Shown piece by piece: positions 38,391 through 51,649 of a DNA stretch of 64,000 bases (position 1 is its first letter; each line of letters starts with the position of its first letter). Origin of the DNA: Schizochytrium sp. TIO01 (taxonomy: Eukaryota; Protista; Bigyra: Labyrinthulomycetes); contig SMSO01000007.1 of NCBI GenBank assembly GCA_004764695.1, positions 1,991,270 to 2,055,269 of the forward strand, in the 5' to 3' direction. Under the pieces are notes generated by a model. That model was not told the DNA's origin and did no database searches. It worked only from the letters and a program-made list of their open reading frames with translations. The position numbers and the translations under genes are program-made.

Positions 38391-40805
38391 GGTTCTCAAA
38401 ATAGAGTTGAAGCCAATTCGTACAAAATTGTTTCGCACCAGGTAGCCACCTTTGACTGCCTCTGCGGATACGTATTAGCGTTGATGATACTTCGATCAAT
38501 GCCTAGTTTAGGCAACCTCTGCCAATGAGAAGCGAAACTCCTGCGCCCTCTGAAGCAAACAACTACAAGTATAATATTCTTGATTTTAGCTGAGCTTATG
38601 GAACCTGAAGCTCGCTTGCTTTGCGAGCGCAAGCTAGCGAGCTTTACGCACTGGTAAGCAGAACTCCCTGGTAAGGCGAACTGGCCGAAAGCCTCAAAAG
38701 GTTGTCTAGCTCAGCAGCTGGTGGAGAAGCGAGCTTAGTACCGGCCTGCTTGTCTCCTCACTGAGCCAAGTAGTCTCTGTTTTAGCACGTGCGTGCTCAC
38801 AAATTCAAGCTAATGCAAATAACTCCGCGCTGTACCTCTATGCTGGGAGATAGTTCTCATTTTCAAGATTATCTTCAAGTACACACCCTCGTCTTGATAT
38901 TCCCCTGTAACGGACCGCACCTTTTTCTTGCCTTTTCTCTTTCCAACGTTCCGTGTTTCTCTTAATGCACCTAGAATACAACATACATGTTGATAACAAG
39001 TGTCTATGTGCACAAATAACAAAAGCTAATGTATACCGTGGGAGCAAGTGTCTGCAGATATATTTGTGATAAACGACCACTAACATGAAAGGTCAAATTT
39101 GACAGAGGCCTAAACATTTCCATGAATTTGAGTTCCTTGAGTCTGAATGTGTATACGGGTGTTAGGAAAGTATCTATCAAGAGCATACAACATGTATCAT
39201 CAAGATTAGAGCAACTTGATTTTTTCATCATTGTTTTTTTTTTTTTTTGCAGATAGGCGAATGAAGCACGTCAAATGGTTTATTTTTTAAATTATAGAGA
39301 CATATGATTTTAAAATTTAGTACACCCAAACACCATACGCCACAACAACAGCAAATAAAGACTCCTACACAAGTTGATTTTTTTAAACGAGACGAGTGAG
39401 ATGTTAGTGAATTACTCTCCTTTCAGAATCCTACAAATAGAATAGTCACTTACGTTTGAATATGAAGCAGTTGCTGAGGCATCTGTTTCGGAGTCCCAAA
39501 AGCACCGAGTACCGAAGCTTTCGAAAACAAATTGTATGAAAAGTCATCATCTATTGTTAGATTACACATTAAAACTCTTGATGATCCCATGAAGGATTTC
39601 AAAGTTATGACTTACCGGACTCCTTGACCACGTTTCTCTCCAATCACTGTCTGGACAATAATCTTGTATCTATTAAGGCGAATGTCTGTGTTTTTTTTTG
39701 AGGTCGCAACGTCGATTATATCCCGAAAACTGTCAGTATTTGGTGAGTTTGCGGTATTAAAGTATAAGCATATGCGTGTATATAACAAGACAGGCAGGCC
39801 TCTCTCTGCAGAGGTCTTGAAATTTCATTACTTACCCTTGATGCGACGCTTCACCTCATCAGAGATTTCTTTACACATAGCTGATGACATGTCAGCTTGG
39901 TATTTTTGGTCCTTCAAACGATCCTCCAAGAGTTCCTGAATGATATGCTGTACACGGCTCACAGGAAACCTTCACCGTACCCAAATTGTGCATGTCGTAA
40001 AAAAGAGCAGAAATACTGTTAGTGTCTCATGCTCGTTGCGGAACGCTGCGTAGGCTAGACGCTTTGCTTGCTCTGAACAGCATATTGCATCTCCTCACAC
40101 ATGCCACAACTGTGCTATTGTGCTATTGTGCTATATGCCCAGCGTTGTATAAAAGCAATTGTACCCTGCTTTCTTCACTTACTTCTCCTTGAAAGACACC
40201 GTTGTTTGGTACGTATTTTCGTGCAAAACACGCTTCGTGCGAAGGTCTGCCATTGTTGAGATTCCGCGGGCACACTGATCCAGCAGCCTTCTCAGTCAGC
40301 GACCCACTCACCCCAAAGCAATCCCACTTTGTTCGAGCTTGCTCTTTTGCCCTCTCCCCAATCCCTTCGCCTTGTCATGTAGCTGTCAACGGTAGCCTTG
40401 TTGCCCCGTATTAAACGCTATTAGTTTTGAATTTAAGGTATCTGGTGCTATTTACTGTAACGGCTCTGCTGATCGATTTTAGTGCTTTATAAGTGGAAAG
40501 TTTAAGGTGAATTAAAATGACGATCTCAACGGATAGAATTATAACGTGAGAGGCAATAACATATGTCATGTAAATAAAGAGAGAACGTGTGCATTATTTT
40601 TTGACAGTATAATTATCCATCCTCTGTAGTTGGCATAGCTTGCATTTTACCAGAACCACTCTAGACCTGCAGCGGCAGCAGAGCAAGCCGCAGCTCGTCT
40701 ATCTTGACGAGGTAGTGCGGGCATCATTTTGGTACGAAGTGCAAGCGCACTATCCGTGGAGATCACCCAGAATTGATCTCGTGAAGCATCGATCCGTAAA
40801 GAAAG

Positions 40806-43681
40806 ATGGCTGATGACAACGATGCTCCCGAGTATGAAGTCGAAGAATTTCCTGACGATGACCAGAGAAAAAAGCAGATCACATTCCAACACGATGATCA
40901 ATTTGAGTCTAAAGGCGAGTCTGATGATGAGAACCTCGCAGATAATGACGATGATGAGAATGACAACTTTGAGCAAACAGGCCCTTCACGGTGGGTAGGT
41001 GCTTCTGAAGAAGGTTACACAGACGAGAATCTGCAGGACGAAGAAGACGAAGAAGATGATGAGTCCTCTCGCAATGTACCTCTCTTTGCGAATCGGGAGA
41101 ACCGCGAGCTTCACAAACGTATCAGCGAGCTTGAGCTTGAGTTAGAAAAGCCCAAGAGCGCTTAGACGAGCATGAAGAACGACGACGCGCGATGGCTGAA
41201 CACGTCAAAAGTGTCGAACAAGAGTTTCGTCACACTCAGCAACTTTTAGAAGCCAAGCAAAAGGAGCTTAGTACTGAGAAGCATATGGAGCAGATGGCAA
41301 AGCGAGATGCAGCTCGTGTGAAGATGGATATTCAAAAAACAGATGTCACCAAGGATGAATTACAAAGCCAACTGAGTTCAGTTCAGAATGAAATCTTCAA
41401 GGGAAATGATCTCATGGATAAGTTTAAGGTGGACATGAATTTCAACCAAGACGAGCTAGAACAGTGGACACTAGCCATGACGCAGAACGAGGATGATAAA
41501 AACGCATATGAGCAATACATGAAGGCAGATGACGCTAAAACTAAGGAACTCAACTTCACCATCGAGAAGCTTACGATGGAGCTTCAGGAAAAACGAAAAC
41601 TTCTCGATGAGGAAGTTACAGAAACCCAGGCAAAGCAAATCGAACTTGACAAGACTGCCGAAGAGTTCCGCGCTCGGCATCGCGAACGTCAAGAGGTAAT
41701 TCATCAGTGGCAGAGTGCAATTTCGCAGGTTAAAATGCGTGATCAAGATATACAAAAGGCTGGCGAGACATTTGGCGTGAGTAAGGACAATCTTCGGAAA
41801 GCCCGCAAAGATCTTGATGCTGAAAAGACTCGTCTGGAAGCACTCGAAACAGACTGTCAGGATATGGAAACACAATCTCAGCTTGTTGATCGCATTCTTC
41901 AAAAGAAACGAAATGAAGAGGTTGACGTGAAAGAGCGTGTGGAAAATTTCCGTGCGGAAGTGGAGTTGCGTAAAACTGAGGTGACAAAGGCTTCTCAAGA
42001 GGTTCAAACAGAGCGTCAAAAGGTTGTCAACGCAAAGGTTGCAATCGACGAGGCTACAGCAAAACTAAGTGCTGCGAGAGAGAGACTTGAAGTATCTCAA
42101 AAGTCGCAGGATGACGCCCGCAACGATACTTCCACAGCTGAACTGAGCGCAAGTGCTGCAGAAAAAGTTTTGCATACTCGAGAGGCTGAGCTCAAAGCAA
42201 TTGAGCAGCGCGTTAGTCAGCTCAAGGATCTTGTATTTCGTGAGTCCGAAGCTTTGTTCCAGAACAGACAACGTGAAGCCAACCTCTTGGCCCAGATTTC
42301 TGGTGCGCAAGCTACAGGGAAAAATTTGTCTCATGAAATTTTGCGGCTAGATGAGGAGTCCCTACGCCAGAAGGAGCTTGTTTATAACGCCGAATTTCAG
42401 ATTCAACAACTTGAACGACGCGTAGCTCGGGCCAAGGGAATTCGTAGCGATGATGAAAAGAAGGCTTTGAACAAGCGTATTGCAGAGTGCCAGAGTGAGC
42501 TTGAAAGCGCACAAAGCCAGAACACAATGTTACTTACTCAAGTTAAAAATCTGGAGGATGAGTTGCGTGCGACCAAACGAGCAGCAGCTAGTGCAAAGGA
42601 ACAACGTAAAGAGCTATCTGGGCGTATTCATGAGCTGAAATTGGAAAACAGCAGTGCCGAGAGCAGCCTTCAGAGTATCATGAAACAGAAGGAAGAAGCC
42701 ATGGTTAATCATGACTTGATGAAATTGCAGGTGAAGGGTCTGCGTGATCAGCTCAATGAACGTGCAGATAAGGTTTACGGTCTCGAGAATCGCAAGTTTC
42801 AGCTTGAGATGAGTATGCAAGAGCGCAAGAAAGAGATTCAGGTTCACTCGGACATGCAACGCGCACGCGCTAAGCTCGCTGAGGAGGAACGACATAAGCT
42901 CGCAATGGAAGCAAAGGATTGTAAAATGCGAGTTGATAAGCTCGAGAAGAAGTTTGCTACCATTGCCAAGTCTACAATCATTGGTGAGGATGGCAAAGAA
43001 CAGTCGCAAGCTTATTTTGTAATTGCTGCAGCCCAGAGGCGCGAGGAATTGCAACGTGAGGGTGATGAGCTCGATGCCAATATTCGCAAGGCGACTCGTG
43101 AAATTCGCGCTTTGGAAGAGACACTTGCAGATATTAACAACATCAATTCCAAACAACGCACAGCTGCTCATCGTGCAGATCCCAAATCTCAAGATGCTGC
43201 AGAGTTAAAGCGCATCTTTCGCGAGTCTGAGGCTGCCCGTGATACCGCTTTTAAGAAAAAGAAAGAACTTCAGCGTTTGATCAATGATCTTAACGAAGAT
43301 AAACGTAGGGTGGAGCAACTACAAGAGCAGACTAAGGTGGCCGCCGAGAACCGCACACATCTCGAGCAAGCTCATACCCAGGCGCTTGGTGAAGTAGATC
43401 AACAGCAGGCTCTTCTTGATCGAGCAAATGCCAAACTCCGTGAGCATCGTTATCAACACCGGGAAGCTCTCGGCATCCCTCGCGATCAGGAGTCTGTGCA
43501 TGAAACCTTATTCAAGTCCGAGTTGCTAAACCAGACAAGGGACAGTGTGCTGTACACCCTTGGTCAACTCACCAAGGAGTTTCCTGAGATGGAGGATGAT
43601 CTTCTTCTTCACCTTGGCCGATTTGGACTGACCATTCCAAGTATGCCACCTGAAACACCCGCTGCAGCCATGCATGGATAG
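40806..43681 (+). CDS. CCDC39: CCDC39/FAP59 axonemal 96-nm ruler subunit (about 958 aa), split by a 1-nt frameshift at 41141-41162
   Basis: ORF 40806..41165 ends with PLFANRENREL. ORF 41192..43681 contains MNFNQDELEQW, LDEEVTETQAKQIELDKTAEEFR and AAAQRREELQREGDELD, matching CCDC39 motifs as I recall them. Adding one base in the A run at 41146-41149 joins the two ORFs. Confidence 0.9.
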
Positions 43682-44311
43682 ATGAACACAATTGTACACG
43701 CACATTTCTAGCTTGCATAAATAGAAGTGAGTGAGGTTGGAAATCGTTGTATCTATTCTTCTTGTTCTTATAATATGTGTTAATGTTAGTCGTTAAAAAA
43801 AAGCATTGAATTTATATTACAACAGATATATTGCAATTTTGTATTGTTTCGCATAGCCTTTCACAGATTCATAGTACTCTGAAGCGACTAAACCTGTTCA
43901 TGTCTACTCTCTCTCTCTCAGCAAAGTCGTTTGCTTGAAAGGTTTGCACTATTCAGGTATTCGAAAGTATGTGCTGTGGCTAGAGGCCTTAATTGCTATA
44001 TAGTTTGGAGCTTTCTAGTGCCAGTAGCACTATATTCGTTCGCACTCCATCAAAACCTAGATTATCGTATTTTCACTGCCACACAGAGTCAAGAGAATGT
44101 TTGATTTATCATACATACAAATGGCATGCCGGAAAGCTCATGTCTGTCTATCATGACTATAACGTCGAATGATTTCCACAGCTCCATAATTATGTCAATG
44201 TTAGTGGGTTGCTCCAACATCTATATCTCTTCTGCAGTCCAGGTCAATTGAAGATCTAAGCCGAATGTCAAGGGAGGCTATTTTGTTTGCACTGAGTACT
44301 AGAGAGTTGCG

Positions 44312-44818
44312 TTAGCCAAGTCTAGTATGATGGAAGTCAATATCAATCTTTGTCGCCATGTTGGGCAAGATGTCTTTGCGTACTTCAAGTTTAGCAATTC
44401 GGGCGTGGTCCTTGCTCTCTCTTGTCGACGGTCTCCCACCAATAGTGCAGCCTGGATAGGCAGTGCCACGCGCCAGAGCACGGCCTAAAGACTTTCCATG
44501 CTCGCTTGCGAGGTGTTTTTCATACATGATCACTGGTGGTTCTATTTCAGTCGCTCGTTTATGAGCCATCTTCTGCACGAGGCGCCGATGAAGTCGAATA
44601 GCATTAGCTTTGCTAGCCTTTTTCTGTGTTGTTTGCGGGTCTTCGAACCATCTGTCCATAGTTGATTCATTGAAAGCCTTAACGCTAGGCCAAGTCCTTT
44701 TGCCAAACGGAGGCGGTACTCTGCCATCACAGCTACCCTGCCATCCTCCTTCCGATTGCGTCCCACTTGAAAGGTGCAGCAGCTCTAGCAGTGAGCTCTT
44801 GTCTATCGACGACGCCAT
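44312..44818 (-). CDS. Hypothetical basic protein (168 aa)
   Basis: ATG at 44818 (MASSIDK) lies within a 196-codon frame with non-repetitive composition. TATATAAA lies about 145 bp upstream. Confidence 0.65.
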   Translation of the reverse strand: MASSIDKSSLLELLHLSSGTQSEGGWQGSCDGRVPPPFGKRTWPSVKAFNESTMDRWFEDPQTTQKKASKANAIRLHRRLVQKMAHKRATEIEPPVIMYEKHLASEHGKSLGRALARGTAYPGCTIGGRPSTRESKDHARIAKLEVRKDILPNMATKIDIDFHHTRLG

Positions 44819-44962
44819 CTTCCGTACCAGACCGCACTCAAGCCGATGAGCTGTCACTTCCCAAGCAAGCTTTCCTTTCCCAGACCTTAAGCACAAAAAC
44901 AATATTTGCCTGCTTATTGTCGTCTTTCATTCACTTTTCCAACTTAGCTCCTCTGCCGCTCC

Positions 44963-44970
44963 TTTATATA
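44963..44970 (-). promoter_or_regulatory. Putative TATA box
   Basis: Minus-strand TATATAAA in a GC-richer context upstream of the 44818 ATG. Confidence 0.4.
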
Positions 44971-45954
44971 GGCCAGATTAGCAAACCTCCCGCGCCGTCA
45001 ACTCCGCGCTCGCAAATTTGCTCACAAGTCGTCATCCGTGACCAGATATTATTGCAGCGCAACCCATTTCCTCGCACACCTTGACTTTCAAATACTCTAG
45101 TTCTGGTATTTAGGCGCACCCAATAGCCAGAAGTATCTACATCCACCAGAACCAGCGGAGCACGACCGGCTCCGATGTTTAGCAGTACAGCCTAGGGTCG
45201 CCTAGCACGATGCCTCCTCTCAATATGCAGGCGTTCACAATTGATATGATGAAGAATGAGGTCACAATAGAATTTGATTTTAATTCAACAAGCTCACTCG
45301 AGTAAGTTAATTATAGAAGAAACGACCGAAGGCGGGCGCCTTTGGCAGAGAAAACGGTAAACACGTAGGTACTAACACCACACTAATGTGAAGTAGTACG
45401 AACGAAGGCAATCTCTGAAAAAGGAAGAGATGGGCAGCGATTGATTCACATGCCAAAAATGTAAATTGTATAGTTAATGTGTTCTTTTAAAATAATAATT
45501 TATTTATTTGTGTATTTAAAGAATAATAAATGGTAGTAAAATTAATATAATAAGCCAAAGCAGTCACTTGTTGAGTTGTTGTTACCCAAGTCGCTGAAAG
45601 ATTTTAGTTTATTACCCTTGACTAGTGAGAGTGAATGACTCGTTGGTAGTACTATTACGATGATTTAACTATATAGTTCATCGATTTGCAGAGAAATAGA
45701 GAAAATGCAGGGCATGGCCTCAAACGTCAGTCAGCCGGTCCGGTTCGGGAGAGGAATTCTGACGTTGGCGGCACGTTAAGCGCTGATGCTGCCGCCTCTT
45801 CATCGTTCTAACGTAGATGCACTACATGGAACCAGCGGAAGCCGATGGAGCGAAAGAGTGCCCAGAAGAAGGGCCACTGACACGTAAAATAACTTGGAGG
45901 ACATAATAGGTCATAAATACACAAACTCGGCACTTCTTCGAATTCTCCAAGGCC

Positions 45955-48525
45955 ATGATCAACAATCAATCAATCAATCAATATATATCGGAAAAATTAG
46001 AGCGTATTCCTTTAGAGTCAAAGTCATTCAAGGGTCACATTTGGGGGAATCATTAAGATTAAAGGCGCATTGGCAAGGGAAATAGACAAACCGCGATGAT
46101 CTTTGGGTCCACAGCTGAGCTGCTAGTTTTTCCATTAGGCAGCTGTGTTATATATTCTGACTTCATCAATTATTGTTTTTTAAGTTGAGCTTTATTGCTT
46201 TTTTTACTTTTCATTATTTTTTAATTAAATATTTTAAACCAATGAAAGAAAAACAGGCGCCTACAGTGAGAAGATGAAGAAGCCGGAGAGGCTTGGAGCG
46301 AGCGCGTGACCGGGCCAAAAAGGGGTCTGCAAGTAGAGAATGCGCGTATACTTCACTTGCGACACAGTAGGGAAAGGTATACTCCACTGTAGCTTCGAAA
46401 GACCCGGCGCTCTCGTGCCGGCGAAAAAGGCTTTTCGAAGAGACGATGTTTATGATGCGTAGACGGCACTGCGAAGGACAATTTGTTTGTTTGTTTGTTT
46501 GTTTGTTTGTTTGTTTGCCGCATAGATTCTTGCGAAGGAAGGCCTCGGCAGCACGCTCCCGCCCGGGTCGAGGTGCGCAACCTCATGCAGGCACGCCAGG
46601 TTTCGCCCGCCACGAAGGCTTGGTGAGTGATTGCTGGGCTCGTAGTATTTCGAGGTCCCACGCGGAGATCGGACACCCCTGAGAGTGATTGAAGTAATTA
46701 ATGAAAACCATCGCCATGAGAACTAAAGTTAAGTGCGATGAATGATGCGCTTTTGCAGCGATTGATTGGTGCGATTGAAGAAGAAATAGCGAGTGATCGA
46801 AAGCGATGAGGTAGGAAAGCTTACCATCAGCAGAGATGACGGTGATCGTGATTGCGGTGGCGATGATGATGTTGCTCTGGTGATTGATGACGATGGTGGT
46901 GGTCGTGGAGGTGGTGATGGTGACCCAGGTGCCTGCCTGCCTGGGATTGCCGTTTCCCGTTGCCACAACAGGATGGATGATCTAGCTAGCTAGCCTCTGG
47001 AGCCCATGGAGTTCTCGCCTGCTTGGCTTTGGTTGTGGGTTGCTTGTTCGTTTGGGTTGGTTGTTTGTTTGTTTGGTTGGTTGTTTGTTTGTTTGTTTGT
47101 TTGTTTGTTTGTTTATTTGGGTGTTTGGGTGTTCGTAGCTGAGTCGTGATTCTTGCTTTCAGGCAATCTTGGAAAGACAAGTTCTCGTCACAGTTGAATG
47201 ACTGACTGAGCAAAGGCATTCTCGCCGCCGTCGAGTCAATCAGGGCAAGCAATGAATTGTGCATATCATCCAGATTCGCCCAGTCGATCAAAGGGTGCTC
47301 GTAAGCAGCCCACCACGGCGATCGATCGGCCGATTGTTCTTAAGTTTGCTTGCTTGCTGGCAATTGCTTCAAGAGCAAAATTGCGCCAATGAGAAAACGG
47401 AGGAAGACACGCTCCTTCGCATCGGCGCATCAAGATAAACATGCAATTTGGGGCCGTTTTTAAGGAGAGAATCAATCAACATAGGAAATCGCTCTCACTC
47501 ACTGACTCCCTGACGCACTCGCTCACTCGCTCACTCGCTCAGTTCAAGCACACTCACTCACTCACTCACTCACTGACGTACTGCGAAGGCAGCAAGCAAG
47601 CTAGCTAGCTTGCTAGCTGCTAGCTGGCTTCATCACGCGCTCGTGAATGGAGCCGCGATGAAGGGATCGCTCGATGGCCTCTGCGAGAAAAAAGCAGAAG
47701 CAATCTAGGCCGGCGAGGAGACAGTTTTGCAGGTTTCTCTGATTTCTTTCTTTCAATTGACTGCAGTCGGTCACAGTGCCATGTTTTCGTATTCTGTGGC
47801 CGTATTCCTTCCATTCTTTGGTGTTCTTCTGCTTGAGCAGAGTATTTTTGTTTTGTTTTATTTTGTTTTAATTGAAGTGTATTTTGTTTTGTTTTGTTTT
47901 GTTTTATTTTGCGTTGATTTGATGTCTTCTTGCATGATAGACAGGTCTTCAATGTTTTTCTGTATTTTTCTGTATGATGACGGGAGACAGACTGAGAATC
48001 AGGAAACCAACATCTTCTGCGTTTAAATGGCAAGCGGCAAGACGCGTTGCGAAAAAGGAAAACTGCACGATCAATTGGCTTTTGGCTTTCCTGCTGATTG
48101 ATGATGTGCACTTGACTTATACGAGACAGGTGCATGCATGGAAAGCTGGAAGGAAAGGAGACGTTGGCGCTTATAGCGCGATGGATGATCTGTCAGATCT
48201 TCACGTTGTTACCTTTTTTTCTACATTTTCTTTTCACTTTCTTTCTTTCTTTCTTTCTTTTTTTTTAAATGTAAAATATTCATCACATCGGCACTACTCC
48301 GACTACTAAAAACATTAGTATGATATGTTATGGTGGCTCGTGCAGACTTTGGTTGTCTTCGAGCTCGGCATAATCGAAAGGTGCCCAAGGCAGGCAGACA
48401 GGCAGCCAGCTTGATCGTTCACTCGCTCATCGCAAGTTCGTTCTCGTACGTGCGCGGGAAGGTACTACTATTGATTCTCTCAGGCCTTCGGTCCCGTTAC
48501 TTCGCTCTCGTGGTTTTTCACAAAG
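45955..48525. repeat. Microsatellite-rich upstream region of the carrier gene
   Basis: (CAAT), (TTTG), (GAT/GGT), (GCTA), (CACT/CGCT), (TTTTG) and (TTTC) arrays, in the same style as 1-35 kb. Confidence 0.8.
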
Positions 48526-49716
48526 ATGGTGCTGAGAGGCTCGAACATCGCCCCTGGGTCTCTCCAGGAGGCAGAAGCTGCTGTGCGCAATGCACAAGAG
48601 CTGCTTGACCAGGCCAAGGCGGACCTGGAAGCCGCTAAGGATAGCACTCTTGAGGCCTTCAGTGAAGACACTATCAACCAGTACTCCAAGAAGGAGCTCG
48701 TGGACATCGTTAAGCAGCTCAACGCCAAGGTCGTGCGTCTTGAGGAGCGTGAACGTAGTGCTGAAGATGCTATGATCAAATCCCGTGTGGAGCTTCAGAA
48801 GACCATGACCTCTCTCTTGTGCGGAGGTGCTGCTGGAGCAATTGCACGCACAACTGTTGCTCCGCTTGACCGCGTCAAAATTTTGATGCAAACTTCGCAC
48901 ATGAACGGCACAGAGGCCAAGTACAACTCAATCTTGGGCACCACCAGACACATTGTGCAAGAGGAGGGACTCATTAAGCTCTGGCGAGGCAACTTGACAA
49001 ACTGTGTCCGTGTAGTGCCGCACACCGCGACCCAGTTTGTCTCTTACGATATCTACAAGTCGCTGTTGCTCGATGAGGGCGAGCGCATGACCGTGCCTAT
49101 CAGATTGCTCTCCGGAGCGCTGTCCGGAATGACCGCCGCCACCGTCACCCACCCTATGGATGTCGTACGTATCCGTCTCCAGACCCAGGCAGAACTCCGA
49201 GGCATTGCAGATGCAGTCAGGTCCGTGTACGCAGAGAACGGCATGCGGACTTTCTACAAGGGATACACCCCGGCAATGCTTTCGCTTTCGCCCTTCATCG
49301 CCATTAACTTTGCATCCTTTGATACGCTCAAGACCTGGTACTACGGTGAGACGAAGATGACCAAGAAGGAGCTCAAGGCTCGCAACCCGGCCGTGATTCT
49401 TGGCCTCGGTGCTCTCGCCGGAATTATTGCCCAGACTGCGTGCTACCCGTTGGACACTGTGCGCCGCCGCATGCAGCTGGCCGGCAAGACTTACTCTTCG
49501 ACCGCCAATGCATTTGCGACCATTCTGAAGGATGAGGGTATTGCCGGTTACTACAAGGGAATGACTGCCAATGCCATGAAGGTTGTGCCCAATAACGCCA
49601 TTCGCTTCGCAGCCTTTGAGGTACTCAAGTCCTGGTTTATGACTGACGAGGCTCTCCAGAAGTCTGCCACTAAGAAGTTCGCAACGCGCAACAGCAAGCC
49701 GGCAGCCGTTGCCTAA
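48526..49716 (+). CDS. Mitochondrial carrier family (SLC25) protein of adenine nucleotide/CoA type, with N-terminal coiled-coil extension
   Basis: Three Px[DE]xx[KR] motifs (PLDRVK, PMDVVR, PLDTVR), EEGLIKLWRGN and RRRMQ. Strong C/G-ending codon bias. Confidence 0.95.
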   Translation: MVLRGSNIAPGSLQEAEAAVRNAQELLDQAKADLEAAKDSTLEAFSEDTINQYSKKELVDIVKQLNAKVVRLEERERSAEDAMIKSRVELQKTMTSLLCGGAAGAIARTTVAPLDRVKILMQTSHMNGTEAKYNSILGTTRHIVQEEGLIKLWRGNLTNCVRVVPHTATQFVSYDIYKSLLLDEGERMTVPIRLLSGALSGMTAATVTHPMDVVRIRLQTQAELRGIADAVRSVYAENGMRTFYKGYTPAMLSLSPFIAINFASFDTLKTWYYGETKMTKKELKARNPAVILGLGALAGIIAQTACYPLDTVRRRMQLAGKTYSSTANAFATILKDEGIAGYYKGMTANAMKVVPNNAIRFAAFEVLKSWFMTDEALQKSATKKFATRNSKPAAVA

Positions 49717-51649
49717 GCTGTTTTGTCATAGGGAAGCACGAACGCTAGCCTGGCTGTGTGTTTACGTTGGATCGACCTGACTGCGCAGCCTATTTCTTTA
49801 CCTTGCATTTTCTGCCAGCCTTGCGCATCTTAGTGTTTATACGTAAATCTTTTCTCATACAATGAATGAATGCAAAATCTAAAACCATTACTCTGCCTCA
49901 TATACTCTCTTCAATTTTTCCACTCATTCGCGTCTTCAATGCTTTCTTTCAGCTTATGTTCGATGGCTAATGATACAACAGGCCATGCTTCATATATGGA
50001 CGACAACGACAAGCACGTTCTTATATAATCTCGGCAAGACAAAATCTGGCTCGCACTGGCTGACTTGACTCATTTATATACTAAATCGTCGTTCTTCAAA
50101 CTCTAGCATGAATGTCACAGAGTTTCTGACTCAAGAGTGAAGTGAATTATAGCTTGTCTTATTTGAATCCCATCCTGCGTGTATACACAATTACAGTATT
50201 ATTTAGCAGTTTTGATTTGTCGCTAAAACCTCTCTAACAAGCATCTTCAAAACTGCCGCAGTTGAAAGTCGATCAGCGTCAAGGATAGTTCCTCGAAACC
50301 ATTGTAGACAATTGTTCTTCATCTCGGTCTCTGCTCAGCCTAATTTGTTTTCCCTTTTTAATAATTGTTTTCCCATCCAGTATTTCAAAAATGGTCTGGG
50401 CGATTTCAAGTTTAAAGTAGCATGTTGTGAAACAGTCCATTCAAAAGTCAATTTCAATTTTCCTTGCTCAGATGAAAGCACCACCCTCCCATAGTTCCTA
50501 AAAAAACTTGATTTACATCAAGCAGCAATGCCTTGTTGTTCAGCATTTGCTAGAAAGAGGTCTGATATGCACGCCTTCACTAATGTTTATCTTTAAGCTA
50601 TCTTTTGCAGTTGCATTGATGATTCAATTAACAGTGAGAGGTCACTATCACACACTGTTGCTGACAGAGGGTAGTATTCGCTTTTTTCGATTCGATTTCC
50701 TTATCCTCATTTTGAGTCGGGTCATAATTTATCAGAGGAGAGCACATAACCTTTGACACCCGTACTGCATTGCCGTACGTACATGTCAACTTCAATAGAG
50801 ATGCACAAAATCTTTGTTGTTGGGATGAATAAACTTTCAGTCTTGCCCTTCATTTGACGCCCCGGATACAAGAGTCCTGAGATTGAGAATTCTGGGCAAA
50901 ATAAATTTTATTTTGGGCACCTAAACGATGGGGCAGTCATATACGTCGCTAAGGCCAAAGTATTTTTGTTTTATTTTATATCTGGTGAGTCCTCTTTACC
51001 GATGAGCTCTTTCATCAATATATTTTCAAACCCAATCCAGTCTGCAAAAGTCTCAACACAATGTGCACAGCAATTCAAGAAGATCATGAGTTCTATTTGC
51101 TCGACTCAAAGGGAAACGTACTGAATTGTCCAAATCCTAAAAAGAATATTTATCAGTATCATGATCAGTAAAACATAGAAGATTGAAGTCAATTCCATTA
51201 AGAAAAACAAAAAAACAAAAAAACAATCAGACCCTTGTGTAGAGAGGAGGATAAACTTAAATCTAGTTTCCTTCAACAATACTAACAGAAAAAAATAGAG
51301 TTTTCGATTATTAATTAATGTCTTCTTTCTAGCCGCCTTTTTACTGTCCCATTTTCTGCTTAAATTCCAGACTCTTACTTTCATAATTTTAAGGGTGGAA
51401 TCAGCCTCATGAACCGTAGGTACTAACTCAAAGCTACTACTTTATTGCTCCTCATACAGTAGGAACCGACGGAACGGACAACTTGAACCAGAACAATATA
51501 TGAATAAGACAACCGAAATAAAGAATCGTAATATCTAGTTAAATACAATGTTGCACCATCAGAGATCTTATCGTAAATAATGTCTTGACAGATCTATGCA
51601 CCCTTAAACGCTGTAAGAATATACGAGATTTTGACTGCTGCTATATATA

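Noticed and set aside
41119-41150. A 32-nt GT-AG intron or programmed -1 frameshift as the explanation for the CCDC39 break
   Set aside because: The intron would delete about 10 residues of a collinear helix and lacks a pyrimidine tract. There is no X XXY YYZ slippery heptamer. A single missing base is simpler.
41471-43501. Long minus-strand ORFs within CCDC39, and similar ones inside other genes
   Set aside because: Antisense shadows of real coding sequence.
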